A stretch of 63,113 bases of DNA, counting the filler, from Choristocarpus tenellus KU-1152 (lineage: Eukaryota; Protista; Phaeophyceae), in NCBI GenBank assembly GCA_964200185.2. It is 12 parts of 12 records of this genome, joined end to end, with 100 filler letters (N's around TTAATTAATTAA, not from the genome) between each part and the next. Parts side by side here need not be neighbours in the genome. Positions count along the whole stretch, not along the records: positions 49,078 to 53,523 come from CAXNAD020014515.1; positions 53,624 to 58,405 come from CAXNAD020013081.1; positions 58,506 to 63,113 come from CAXNAD020013811.1; 9 more parts are not named here. One strand, written 5' to 3'. Under the pieces are notes generated by a model. That model made no database searches and was not told the DNA's origin. It saw only the letters and a list, made by a program, of their open reading frames with translations. Each line of letters starts with the position of its first letter. Position 1 is the first letter of the stretch. Positions 52,744-63,113 of the stretch are shown one piece after another. Position numbers and translations under genes: made by a program.

Positions 52744-52920
52744 ATGGGTTACGAAAAGATCGGGAGTTTCCTGTTCGATGAAGGCAAAGAGTGGGCCACT
52801 TCGAAGGAGTTACATGGCATGGCGGCGTTGACATTTAACGAAGAACAGTGTAATGTCGTAATGACCCTAATGGAAAAGGCACTGGATCCAAAAGACAGCT
52901 CCTGGCGCACTCTGCACAAG
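52744..52920 (+). CDS. ENTH-domain (epsin-like) protein exon, partial
   Basis: WATSKELHGMAALTFNEEQCNVVMTLMEKALDPKDSSWRTLHK matches the ENTH W..L..IA..T..IM..L..WR..K pattern; probable GC donor AAG|GCAAGC; 5' boundary uncertain. Confidence 0.75.
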
Positions 52921-53623
52921 GCAAGCAACAAGAGGGCATAGGGGCTGGGGGCACTCCACCAAACGATATGTATATATATATATAAGCTCAACGCAGTACT
53001 AGAGTCTTAGTGATGTGAGTGGGGGGTGAAGAGGATGAGAAGGGGAGAAATTAATGTTGTTACCGTTACATAAGATTGGAGGTGATTTTTGGTTCTAGCG
53101 GATAGAGTATATTGTTCTTTTTTATCGCTTATTTTCTTTGCTGCATGTGTAAGTCGTGATTCAACTTGTTGAGTTGGTTGGACTGCGAAATCTGGAATCG
53201 GTGCTAGGGTTAGGGCGAGAAGTTGAGCGGAAGGGCGATCGAGTGCAGGTAGAGTGCACAGCAGATACATGTCTGTTTTTGGTGTATCGTACGCTCTTTT
53301 ATATATATATAATATATATATATATATATAATCTCTTTCGGGTTTTTTTTTGTTTGTCAAAAATGACAACAATCCCATTGAGCAGGTCTCAGAAACACAT
53401 GTCTAAACACTCCAAATCATCCTATCCAGGTCGCCAACCAAACCTCACGCCGTGCCGATCACCTACGCGCACGAGAGACGCCCCCGGCAAAACCTCTTTA
53501 CCCCCTTACCCCCATCCGTCCCCNNNNNNNNNNNNNNNNNNNNNNNNNNNNNNNNNNNNNNNNNNNNTTAATTAATTAANNNNNNNNNNNNNNNNNNNNN
53601 NNNNNNNNNNNNNNNNNNNNNNN

Positions 53624-56600
53624 GTGGTAGGAGATGATGAGGACGATGGGGAGGAGCTGAGCTACACAGCCGCAATGGCTCTCAACAGGTCTGTCAGTCT
53701 GTGTTTGAAGGTAGACTATATGGTTATGGGATAGGGGTAGGGTGGGGTGGGGAGGGGAGGGTTTGTATCTCATGATCAAGTGACTATTTTTGTAGGAAAG
53801 TACAATACAACTATGGTGGGTACCCCCTAGAGGTCCAAATTGACTCTGTAGCTGTATAGTTGTTGCTTTTGATTCTTTTTTTTCCACTATACTATGAATA
53901 GATGTGTTTTGTTTTTGTTTTTTGGGGGGCATGGGTGGGGTTGAGTTGAGGTAAGTTTTTCATTTTTTCATTTTTTCATTTTTCATAGTGTAATCACTAT
54001 GAAATGTGTGTAATGATGAGCATGTTAAATAAAAACGGTTGAATGTTCTCGTGTGTAAAACTAGGGTTTGAGAGCATGGAGTTTTTTCCAGTGTTGTGTG
54101 AGTGATACAGGCATTTAAAAAAGAAATTAGTCAAGTCATTATGATGCCGAATGGAGATTGTATTCAGAGCCGTCCTATGTGCTACGTAGTGCTTCGTAGT
54201 TGATGATTTTCTCGTGCGTACAGACACTGCGTGTGCAGGCGCTGTGCGATTTGGTACTGAAATTCCTTACCGCACTCGGTGCTTCACACGATTGTACAGG
54301 TATACAATCTAGTGCATTGAGTATCGTCAAGAATTCGATCTGTGATACACTCGTAAGATGCTTTTTTTTTGTTTTGTAGGAATATGATAGCGCTTTTAGT
54401 TGTATCCCGAGTTTAAACTATTTTTTTTATTGTCACAACACGCTTGTACAGGCAGCCCCAGAGGGTCATGGTGAGTTGGCCATATTTTTGGTTGTATTGA
54501 TGCATGCGGTGGGGAGCCCGCAGCGGTACTCGCAAGTCTGTTGTGTTCCGGCTTGTAGAAATAATGATAATTGATACATAGGTGAAATAATGAGAATCGA
54601 TAGATAGGTGTCTTTTGAAAGGGTAGTCGGTTGAATTGTTGTCGTTGCGCTTGAGGCAAGGTTGAAGTGGAACGGTGGGGTGTTTGTCACTGAGATGCTG
54701 AGATTAATAAAAATAATTGTTTCATCGTTGTTCGAAGAGTATGCAGATAATTGATTTTTAAAGTGGTGAAGTGCGTATCGATACTGTGATCACAACAGCG
54801 CGTTCCTGATACGGTAGTACTGGTGTACTCTTGTTCCAGGGTTTCCATTGCCCTGGGAGGCCAAGCGGTTCTCGGGGCAGCTCTCCCCATCATATCGGCC
54901 TTCCTTGGAGATTCGACCAGCTGGCAACGTAGACGTGCTGGCTTGCATGCCCTTCTGCTATTGGGAGAAGGGTGTCGGCAGGAGATGGAGGCAGTGTTAC
55001 CTGAGATTGTTCTTGGACCGGTCCTAGGGGCTGCTCGGGACGACCCCCACCCCAGGGTGCGGGACGCGGCCCTTTCATGCATCAGTCAGATGGCACAAGA
55101 TTTTGTGGGAGAGGACGATGAAGAGGGAGAGGAAGATGAGGAGGACAGTGGGAATGAAGGGGGTTCGTTCCAGTTGAGGTTTCATACGCAGGTGATGGGG
55201 GATGAGGTGATGATGAGTGGTGTTTGGTTAGGGGTGGGGCAATGAAATGTTATAGCGGCGTTGTTTGAAGGCGCTTGTAGATTTTTTTATTGATGTTTAG
55301 TTTGTATTCTGTACAACCCAAGGGCATGTGGGGGTGGGGGGTGGGGGGTGGGGGGTGGGGTGGGTAAGAAATATTAAGGTGAAAAATTTGTTTACTGCTG
55401 TGTGTGTAGTATGTTCCTGCGGTAGTATGTGTGCTAATTTTGTGGCAGGTAATAGTGAGTTATTTTAATGAGAGGTATTTGACTGACTTGATATTGGGGA
55501 GAGGGGGGGGGGGATGTTGACAGAAGACATTGATTGGTACCCCATTTTTGGGCCATTTTTTTCTTTTTTTTGTTGTTGAAAGCAGAATAGATAGCTCTGG
55601 CAATGCAGTCAAGAAGATTTTATGTTAGTAGTGAGTGTCCTGGTTTTCAGTTACTTTGGTTCTTGTGGAAACCTGAGTGAAGAGCGCTGATGTCATACTC
55701 AGGGTGGTGTGTCATTGTGACAGTTTGAGTGTTGTTTGAGTGGGTGGTGTTGAGTTTTATGAGCCCCCATATCTGCTTTGTACTACTTGTGTTTTGAGAA
55801 CTGTGGAGGATGCTTTCAGTAAGCAATGTGTTCACAGGAAAGCTTCTCTTCTATGTTCACACTGTAAAAAGAAGGATTAGCTGCATTTGAGGACTGGGGA
55901 TTGGTGTGTGTTGCGCAAGGTTCAGAGAAGCTGAAATGCTCGGAAGGGCCAAATTGGCCCCCCCTTAAATGGTTTTATGAAAGAGTGGAGTTATGTATTG
56001 ATGGGGTATCAAGTGATAAGTTCAAATTTGTAAAGATAGTGTTTTCATGTAGTAGGGCTTTCTTGGGCGATAAATGGTTACATCTGTTTCAGTCTATCAT
56101 GTTGCAGTATTGTCATATTGCTGTAGCATATATGCTTGGTCTCCATTCAAGCGGATGCCTTCTGAGTTCATATATTACCGTACTTTAACTATTAATAGGA
56201 CAATTAGGCGATATTGCTGTAGTTCGTATATTGCATCACCAGTTCATTTTTTCTCCAATACATCTTTTAGAACCTTATTCCATCGCTTCGTAGTTATCCG
56301 TCTGATCTCGAAGTAGCTCAGGGGTAGAGCGGTGGTCTGTAGATGGTATAGCGAAAGCTTTCTAGTAAACCATTGGTCTGGAGTTCGAATCTCCGCTTCG
56401 AGATCCTTTTTTTTTATCTTCCTTACATATTATTATGAGTTGCTATTAGTACGTAGTATTATTTTATGTAATATTTTTTGAATATTCACTATAAATTAGA
56501 TTTTGAAGGAGGTTGGTGTGGTGCGTGGTCCCACTACCGAGTCACACAAAGGCAGAACAGAAAGGGCTGCGGTCAACACCGATATGCTTTGTATCAACAT

Positions 56601-57848
56601 ACATGTGAGAGGAGCTGCACCCAAAACCTGTGGTACACAGCAGCTAGATACACTACTGGTATTGGGCTGTTCACATGTAGGAAGAAGTTATACTGTATGT
56701 CTCACTTGCTCTGCTGTTTATAATATAAATCACTCTTAATAGTACCTAGCATTTACTGCGTACTTCAAACAACATTGTGAAAGGTATATGTGACACAAGG
56801 AATGAAAAATAAATACATGTATATTCCATGTAATTTTCTGTTTTTGTGTGACTTCCCCTTGCGTTTTTTTTACTAGTGTTGTAGGCATTCATCTCATGTT
56901 GTTGTTCAATAGTGTTACGCCTTCTGATTCATGTTTGGCATTGGGCAATGAGCCATCAAAGGACAACAAGCAATGTTAAAGAGATTGTGGATAGATGGGT
57001 GTATGATTATGCAGGGCTTTGGTGGTAAGGTATGTTGCTTTGAACCGGTTGTTGTGCCATGTCGCTTTCAACTGTCAAACATTGATTGCACTGATATATG
57101 GAAATGATATATCATGTTGCTAAGGTTGCAAGATGTTTGTGATTGCCAAGGTTAGTTGTGTTTTTGATTCCTGCTATACATGCACAATAATGAAGGAGTT
57201 GAAGCAAGACGACCAGGAGAATTTCGAGGATTGTTACTGTTTTGGATCTATGCATTGGAACAAAAATGTGCTTGCTTACACAGTGCTAAAATTTTGAGTT
57301 AAACATTTTCCAGCCGACTTGAGTTACACCTAACCACCTCCCGTATGGTTTTGACAGTCTAGAGTGCTATTGTGTGTAGTACTCATTATGCAATATACCC
57401 AGCAGTGCAGTGCATGGTTGGGAGTATTTGTAGTTCCTAAGAACAAAGGGAAGATTGTCACTTCAACTTCTCACTAAGATCAAGACAATCCCCTTTGCCC
57501 CTATCCTCACCTGCTTGAGCTGTACCCTCTCAGAACAAAACCATTCTTGAACCCTCCTCCCCTTTTGCCTTTGAACCGGCCAACTCCTAGGTGGTCCCTG
57601 TGCTTGTGTCTTCCCTACATGGACCCAACGAGGGGATGCCTCGCGTACAGGCTGCTGCAGCGAGTGCTGTGGCCACCTTTTGCAACCCTGAGCATATGCG
57701 CCCAGAGTGGCTTGGGCTCGACTCTGGAGCTGAACCTGGGGCAGGGGTTGCTACGAGTCTGCTTGGAGGGCTCTTCTCCCTCTTGCAAGGAAGCACCTTA
57801 CCTGGGGTTAAAATGAACGCGTTCACAGCAGTTGCAGCTGTGGCTCAG
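53624..57848 (+). CDS. Importin-4/5 family karyopherin-beta (HEAT repeats), internal exons
   Basis: Exons 53624-53688, 54840-55191 and 57591-57848 splice in frame: ALNRVSIALGG..WQRRRAGLHALLLLGEGC..DPHPRVRDAALSCISQMAQDF..FHTQVVPVL..PRVQAAAASAVATFC. Confidence 0.88.
56307..56403 (+). tRNA. tRNA-Tyr(GTA) with 25-nt intron
   Basis: Acceptor stem CTCGAAG/CTTCGAG; D arm GCTC/GAGC; anticodon stem GTGGT/ACCAT with GTA at 56339-56341; intron 56343-56367 at the canonical 37/38 position; T arm TGGAG-TTCGAAT-CTCCG; oligo-T terminator follows. Confidence 0.93.
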
Positions 57849-58330
57849 GTGTGCAAACTTATCTGAGGGGGAGAGGGGAGAGGGGTAGGGAAGAGGCTAT
57901 GGGGCGGTCCATGACTGTCGACTGTTTCAATACGTCCAGGTCATGGACTAGCCCATGGCTGAGCTATGTCCCTCAACTGGTGAAGAGTCCTGATTCTGAC
58001 TTTTACTCCAGTAGTTATTGTCATTATTATTATTATTTATTGTTCACACACACACATGAAAGATGTCAGAATTGTGCTTGTAAGACATAAACCCTCCTTG
58101 CCTACATTTGATGGAGAATATGAGGATATCAGGACTTCAGTGTTAAGGATACATAACATTGAAAAGACGCCTCCCGGGAGTGTGTGTTGGATTAGTATTA
58201 TTCATTTTTAAGGGTTTTCCACAAATATATGGATGCATTATGAGGGGGACAAGGCTGTTGTTCCAATAAACCTCAACAGTCCTGCTAGCCAGGTTGCCAG
58301 TTCATCCATATTGCCAAATTCCAACATGTT

Positions 58331-58365
<35 letters not shown>

Positions 58366-58560
58366 TTCCCCCCTCCCACCCAACCCACCCCCCCCCCCTC
58401 TCCCTNNNNNNNNNNNNNNNNNNNNNNNNNNNNNNNNNNNNNNNNNNNNTTAATTAATTAANNNNNNNNNNNNNNNNNNNNNNNNNNNNNNNNNNNNNNN
58501 NNNNNGGGGGGGGGGGGGGGGGTGGTGGGGGGGGGGGGGGGGGGGGAGGGAGGGGGGGAG

Positions 58561-59436
58561 GCTGCTGAGTGCGACAGAGAAGATTGAAGAGCTGGAAGGG
58601 TTGATGGAGTCCAGTCGTATGGAGAATCAGAAGTGAGTAGGAATCTAGTGGATGGAGGATTGTGGAGGGGATGGGGGTTGTTTTTAAGGTTTGGGAGGAT
58701 ATGAAGCGGGGGGTAGGGTTCCCCGGTGTTTGAGCTGTTTGTTGACATTGATCCAATAGGAAGAAAGAAAAAGAATTGCTTTACGATTCCAATTGTGTTT
58801 GGCTTCTATTTTTCAGGTATTCAGTTTGTTTCAGGTAAAGACAGTATGCATGTTGTTGTTCTTATCAACCCATCAGCTGGACTGTTCTACAAATCATAGA
58901 TCTCATATGGTATTTCATTGCAGGGGGGAAGGGGGGGAAGTCTTTTTTTTGTCGCTGTTCACCCTTTGTTACACTCTCCTTGCAGATCCATTTTGGCGTC
59001 TTCCAAGGTTAAACTCAGAACTAGTAGTAGTAGTACAGTAGTAGTAGTAGTAGTAGTAGTTGGTTGTAGTTGTAGAAATATCTACCAATTGAAAATTTAG
59101 AAAAGGTGTACTTCTTTTCATTCATTTTGATTGGTCAACCCCATCAACCAACGAAAAACAAACAAAAAAAATACCAATCCGCATCAAAGACACAGACGTC
59201 TCAAGTGAAAAACGGTAAGATCTTATAGGTCTGCACCAATTGTTTGCCTATGTAATACTCTGGAGTACATAATAGCTTACTGCAAACACAGTGCATACCT
59301 TTTTATCTTTCCTACCATCCATTTTTTTTTAAACGAACAATACATTAGTGATAAGCCTATCTTCTTAACAACTCTAATAGCTCCCTTCCTCCATTCCCAC
59401 CCCCTCCCCCCTTCCCCAAATACCCATCTTTTCGGC

Positions 59437-59487
<51 letters not shown>

Positions 59488-60806
59488 CTCTACCTTGTTG
59501 TGGGAAATTGAATGTGTTGTATATCTAGACTCCGTGAGGATTTGGAAGAGGTACAAACAGACAAGGTATCCATAGAGTACCTCCTCCGAGAGAAGCTGGA
59601 GAGACTGGTTCAGGCAGAGATAATGGAGAGGGTTTCCTTCATGAACCAGGTGAATATCACATTTCATTACCATTTCAATATGGACTACTTCAGAGAAGTT
59701 AAAAAAAGAACAACTAAACATATACTCAGGAGTATACTCTGAAGTATATATTTTTTATTGCATGTGGAAGTTGCTGTAGGCCTGTGTACATTCATGCATG
59801 TATTGATGAGCAAGTGCAGTATTATTAATAATATCATTGTTATTGTTATTGCCACTATTGTTGCTCTCATTATTTCTATTAATGCTGAGTGTTATTTCTT
59901 TTCAACTGGCGTTTTTATTGTCTCGAGCTAGGGTTAGGGTTAGGTAGCGCAACATGGGGTCTCACTGTCTGCTCTTTCTCTCAAGGTAGCTAGAGAGGTT
60001 TTCTGTGTCTCTCCTCTCTCCTCTGCATTCCAGCTTAACACCTATGCACTGTCTTGTAGTCTTGTACTGCACCTTTTTTTGTACATCGCATACTTTTGTT
60101 ATTTCTGGTTTATTTTTCAGGGTACTCTCTTGTGGGATTTTTTTTCTTTTGAGACTGAGATGGTTGGAGTGGGTTACAGGACACGTGATTTGTGTGGAAA
60201 ATTCCACTGACTGGGATTTCAAACCGGGAACTTCACAAATATAGATCTAAATATATATACTCGAGTATATATCGAATTGTGAACATACAAGAAAATTTGT
60301 CCTTCGTTAAGTTTGATGAGGTGGGACGTACATATTTGATGTAAGAGGATTCTGATAGCCCATATCGCAAGAATGTATGGGACCGGATAATGGGAAGGAA
60401 GAAGGGGGGGAGGGGAGTTGGATATGCCGAGCTGAGAGAAAGTTGATGCACCTCCACCTCCCCCCCCCAGCACATGCAACACACACAATGAGTTCACCAG
60501 CGCACATATGTACATAATATATATATATATACACACAGGCAGCCTCCTATAATAGGGGAAGGGAATGTCATAGTAGATGATTAGTATTCCACAAGTGTAG
60601 GATGGGAAGTACTCATTTGACTATGTTGCCTTGACTCTTGATCTTCTCTCATTATATTATTATTTTTTATAGAGTAGTAATGATGGCACAGGTGGGGGCG
60701 TAGAAGAGGCCCTTCGCAAGAAACTGGCAAAGTCGATGGAGGAGGGGGAGGAGTCCTCCAGGAGAGCAAAGGCTCTTAGTGAGGAGGTTGTTCGCCTCCG
60801 GGACCG
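58561..60806 (+). CDS. Coiled-coil protein, internal exons (possibly a kinesin tail)
   Basis: Exons ending 58632, 59529-59649 and 60673-60806 are in frame: KIEELEGLMESSRMENQKLREDLEEVQTDKVSIEYLLREKLERLVQAEIMER..EEALRKKLAK. Confidence 0.7.
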
Positions 60807-61394
60807 GTGAGAGACAAAAGGATTCAACTATTAAGTTAATAGTCTAAGGTGGTTTTTGATTTTGTGCATACAGTGTTGGAAGGGATGATGATGAGGACCT
60901 TTCTTTTCCACTTCTTCCCCTATCTCTGTACCTCGCGACGATACCTTAGAAATTCATTGTGAGGTACAACATTTTCTAAGAATTTTATCTATTTTATTGA
61001 GACTTGGTGTTTGATGATGTAAAAGTAATACTTCCAACAAAAATAAACTTTTGTGGTAGAACAGAGCTACTCCACGAAATAATGGTTGTAGGTGTGATTG
61101 CATTCCAAGAGTAATAAATTTAATATAGAAACACTCACTTTGATAACCTTAGTAGTCACTTTTTAAAATGTGATCGCGTTTTGTATACCAATCAGGCGTT
61201 TAATTTATTAGATCAGGCTGAGGATTTCAACATCTTTTGGTTATTGTTTCTGTAGAGGTTGTGGCGTACCTCGGCGTGGCTTCCATAATAATGGTGGTGC
61301 CTGAAGTTGTGGTTGTGTGCAGTTAGGTGGAAAGTTGTTACAACCATTTCTTTATATTATTTATTGTTTCCTCAAGTATTAAGGAATAAATATA

Positions 61395-63093
61395 CTTCCA
61401 CGGTTCGGAATTAAATGTAACATAACTTTTGCAAGCTCAATTCTCGCTTAGGAACGAACTGTGCGTGATGAACCCTTTGGTCAAATCTTGATTCTCATAT
61501 GGATTGTGAGGCGTGGAAAATTTGAGATAATTGGCTGCCATGACTGTGGAGGATAACCAGTGCAAAGTCGACCAGGTCGCATTTGATGGGGTTCAAAAAC
61601 CTCGTGAAACTGTCAAAGTGGATGTTTATTGGGATCCCCCGTCGTTCGAGCTGCTGGCTCATCCCGTCGTCGCCCGTCGGTCCCAACTCTTTGGCCCAGA
61701 AGTTCTTCCAGGGTCCAGACTCAAACACTCGGACGAAGAACATCGTGGTGGCGCAATGCCCGGAGACGATAGGGCGCGAGACTCGGATGCCTCGAGGGAC
61801 GACGGCGGCCACCTCGGACGACTTCGGATTTCCCGAATCACTATGTTCCGTCATCCAAAGGAGTATGAAAGCCATATCGCACGGGGAGGATGCATGTATC
61901 TTGTACGACATCGCAAGGGGTGATGTAGCCGCCGCACAAGTATCCTCGACGTTTGGGATGTCTCATCGGTACACCGCACACCCATCCGCAAATGGACGAC
62001 TAAAACCGGGGTCTCCCTTGCCTCGTTGTGGGGTCTGTGCAAGCATGAGGTGAAGGTGAAGGTCAATCGGTAGATTAAGCCAGTCTTCTGGCACCAGCAA
62101 AAAGTCAGCAGGATAGGTTTCTTCATGAGCCACACACACAAGACGGGGGGGAGTGGGGTATTAGCGGACGATCTGTATGACTTGGTGTATGTGGACGAGA
62201 AGTGGTTTTACATCCTCAAAGATGAGCAAGGTGTGTACCTGCACCCTACGGGCACAGAATGAGTGTTACATTGCGAAGGTGATGATCCTTACAGTTGTGG
62301 CCCGCCTAGGACGGTCTCCAACGGGGTGTGGTTTGATGGGAAAATCGGGATCTGGCCAGTCATGGACGCTCAGTCCTCCAACAAACACCGCCCCAAGGGC
62401 ACTAAGGTACTTGTGCTAGTCACAGTAGACGGGGAGAGGTATAAGTAGCTCATGATCGAGGATGTCATCCCAGCAATCAAGGCCCGCATGCCTAGGTCGG
62501 AAGGACACACCATCTTGTGCAGCAGGATGGGGCAAAGCCACACGCCAAGGATTGGGATCATTGGGGCAATTGAGGAGGCGGCAGGGGACAGCATTTCATA
62601 GAGACCCCGCCACCCAACACACCTGACCTCAACGTCAACGACCTGATATTCTTTTATTCCATCCAGCAACTGAAGGAAGACGTGGGGGTGACCAACACAG
62701 AGAAGCTGGTGGAAGGCCGCATTGGAGGCTTTCAATGTGTACTCCCAGGAGACATTAGAGAGCGTCTGACAGAGCTTCTTCACAATTTACGGTGAAGTGC
62801 TGGGGTCCAATAGTGACAATGTCTTCAAAATTCCCCATGTTAGCAAGGAAAAGACTGAAAAGGCGTGCAAGTTCCCCCTGAATGCCCCGTTGGATGCGAT
62901 GAAATACTGTGCTGGAATGGAGTTTTGGAAGGCTTCAGCAGTGGAATCATAGATAGGTGTAGACTGCCCCATTTTGCTTGAGATTTTGGTGTGCAACCTT
63001 ATAGTGTCTGCACAATACACAGATAAAATATTACCATGTGAAAAAAAAAAAGTCTCACTCATTGATCGGGGCTGCAAAAGTTATGTTACATTT
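61395..63093 (+). mobile_element. Decayed full-length mariner element (DD37D subfamily)
   Basis: TA|CTTCCACGGTTCGGAATTAAATGTAACATAACTTTTGCA ... TGCAAAAGTTATGTTACATTT; YVDEKWFY, FDGKIGIWP, QQDGAKPH and PDLNVND in shifting frames. Confidence 0.9.
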
Positions 63094-63113
63094 GGCTCAA
63101 AGTATCGGGGAGG
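63094..63113. mobile_element. MITE family B start, inserted in mariner right TIR
   Basis: GGCTCAAAGTATCGGGGAGG replaces the expected AATTCC continuation of the TIR. Confidence 0.7.

Overview
Eukaryotic, intron-rich nuclear DNA, most likely from a brown alga or close stramenopile relative. This is inferred from the one-LRR-per-72-nt-exon ROCO gene and TTAGGG repeats. The window is not contiguous: 12 short contigs are joined by eleven artificial 100-nt spacers (N44-TTAATTAATTAA-N44), so adjacency across spacers means nothing. Host genes recognised from spliced exons: an LRR-ROC (ROCO) GTPase with six tandem ~600-bp exon+intron units that vary at the ligand-binding LRR positions, with degenerate LRR exons upstream; a complete prolyl-4-hydroxylase-like 2OG-Fe(II) oxygenase; the 5' part of PRMT5, head-to-head with a SAP-domain gene; importin-4/5 exons with an intron-containing tRNA-Tyr(GTA) in one intron; and fragments of an ENTH protein, a P-loop kinase and a coiled-coil protein. 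Much of the rest is DNA transposons: decayed plant-type Tc1/mariner copies (DD37D and DD40D), a Sola2-like transposase relic, possible piggyBac relics, and two abundant MITE families sharing an AAAGTATCT TIR core with 3- or 4-bp TSDs. The main oddities are the ROCO LRR cassette array, an AT-rich decayed bacterial segment (IS transposase plus cydA 3' end, Rickettsiales-like) fused to a host MITE, and telomere repeats that have overwritten TTAGGG-like seeds at internal sites, including both TIRs of one MITE. All family calls come from motif recognition; no database search was run.
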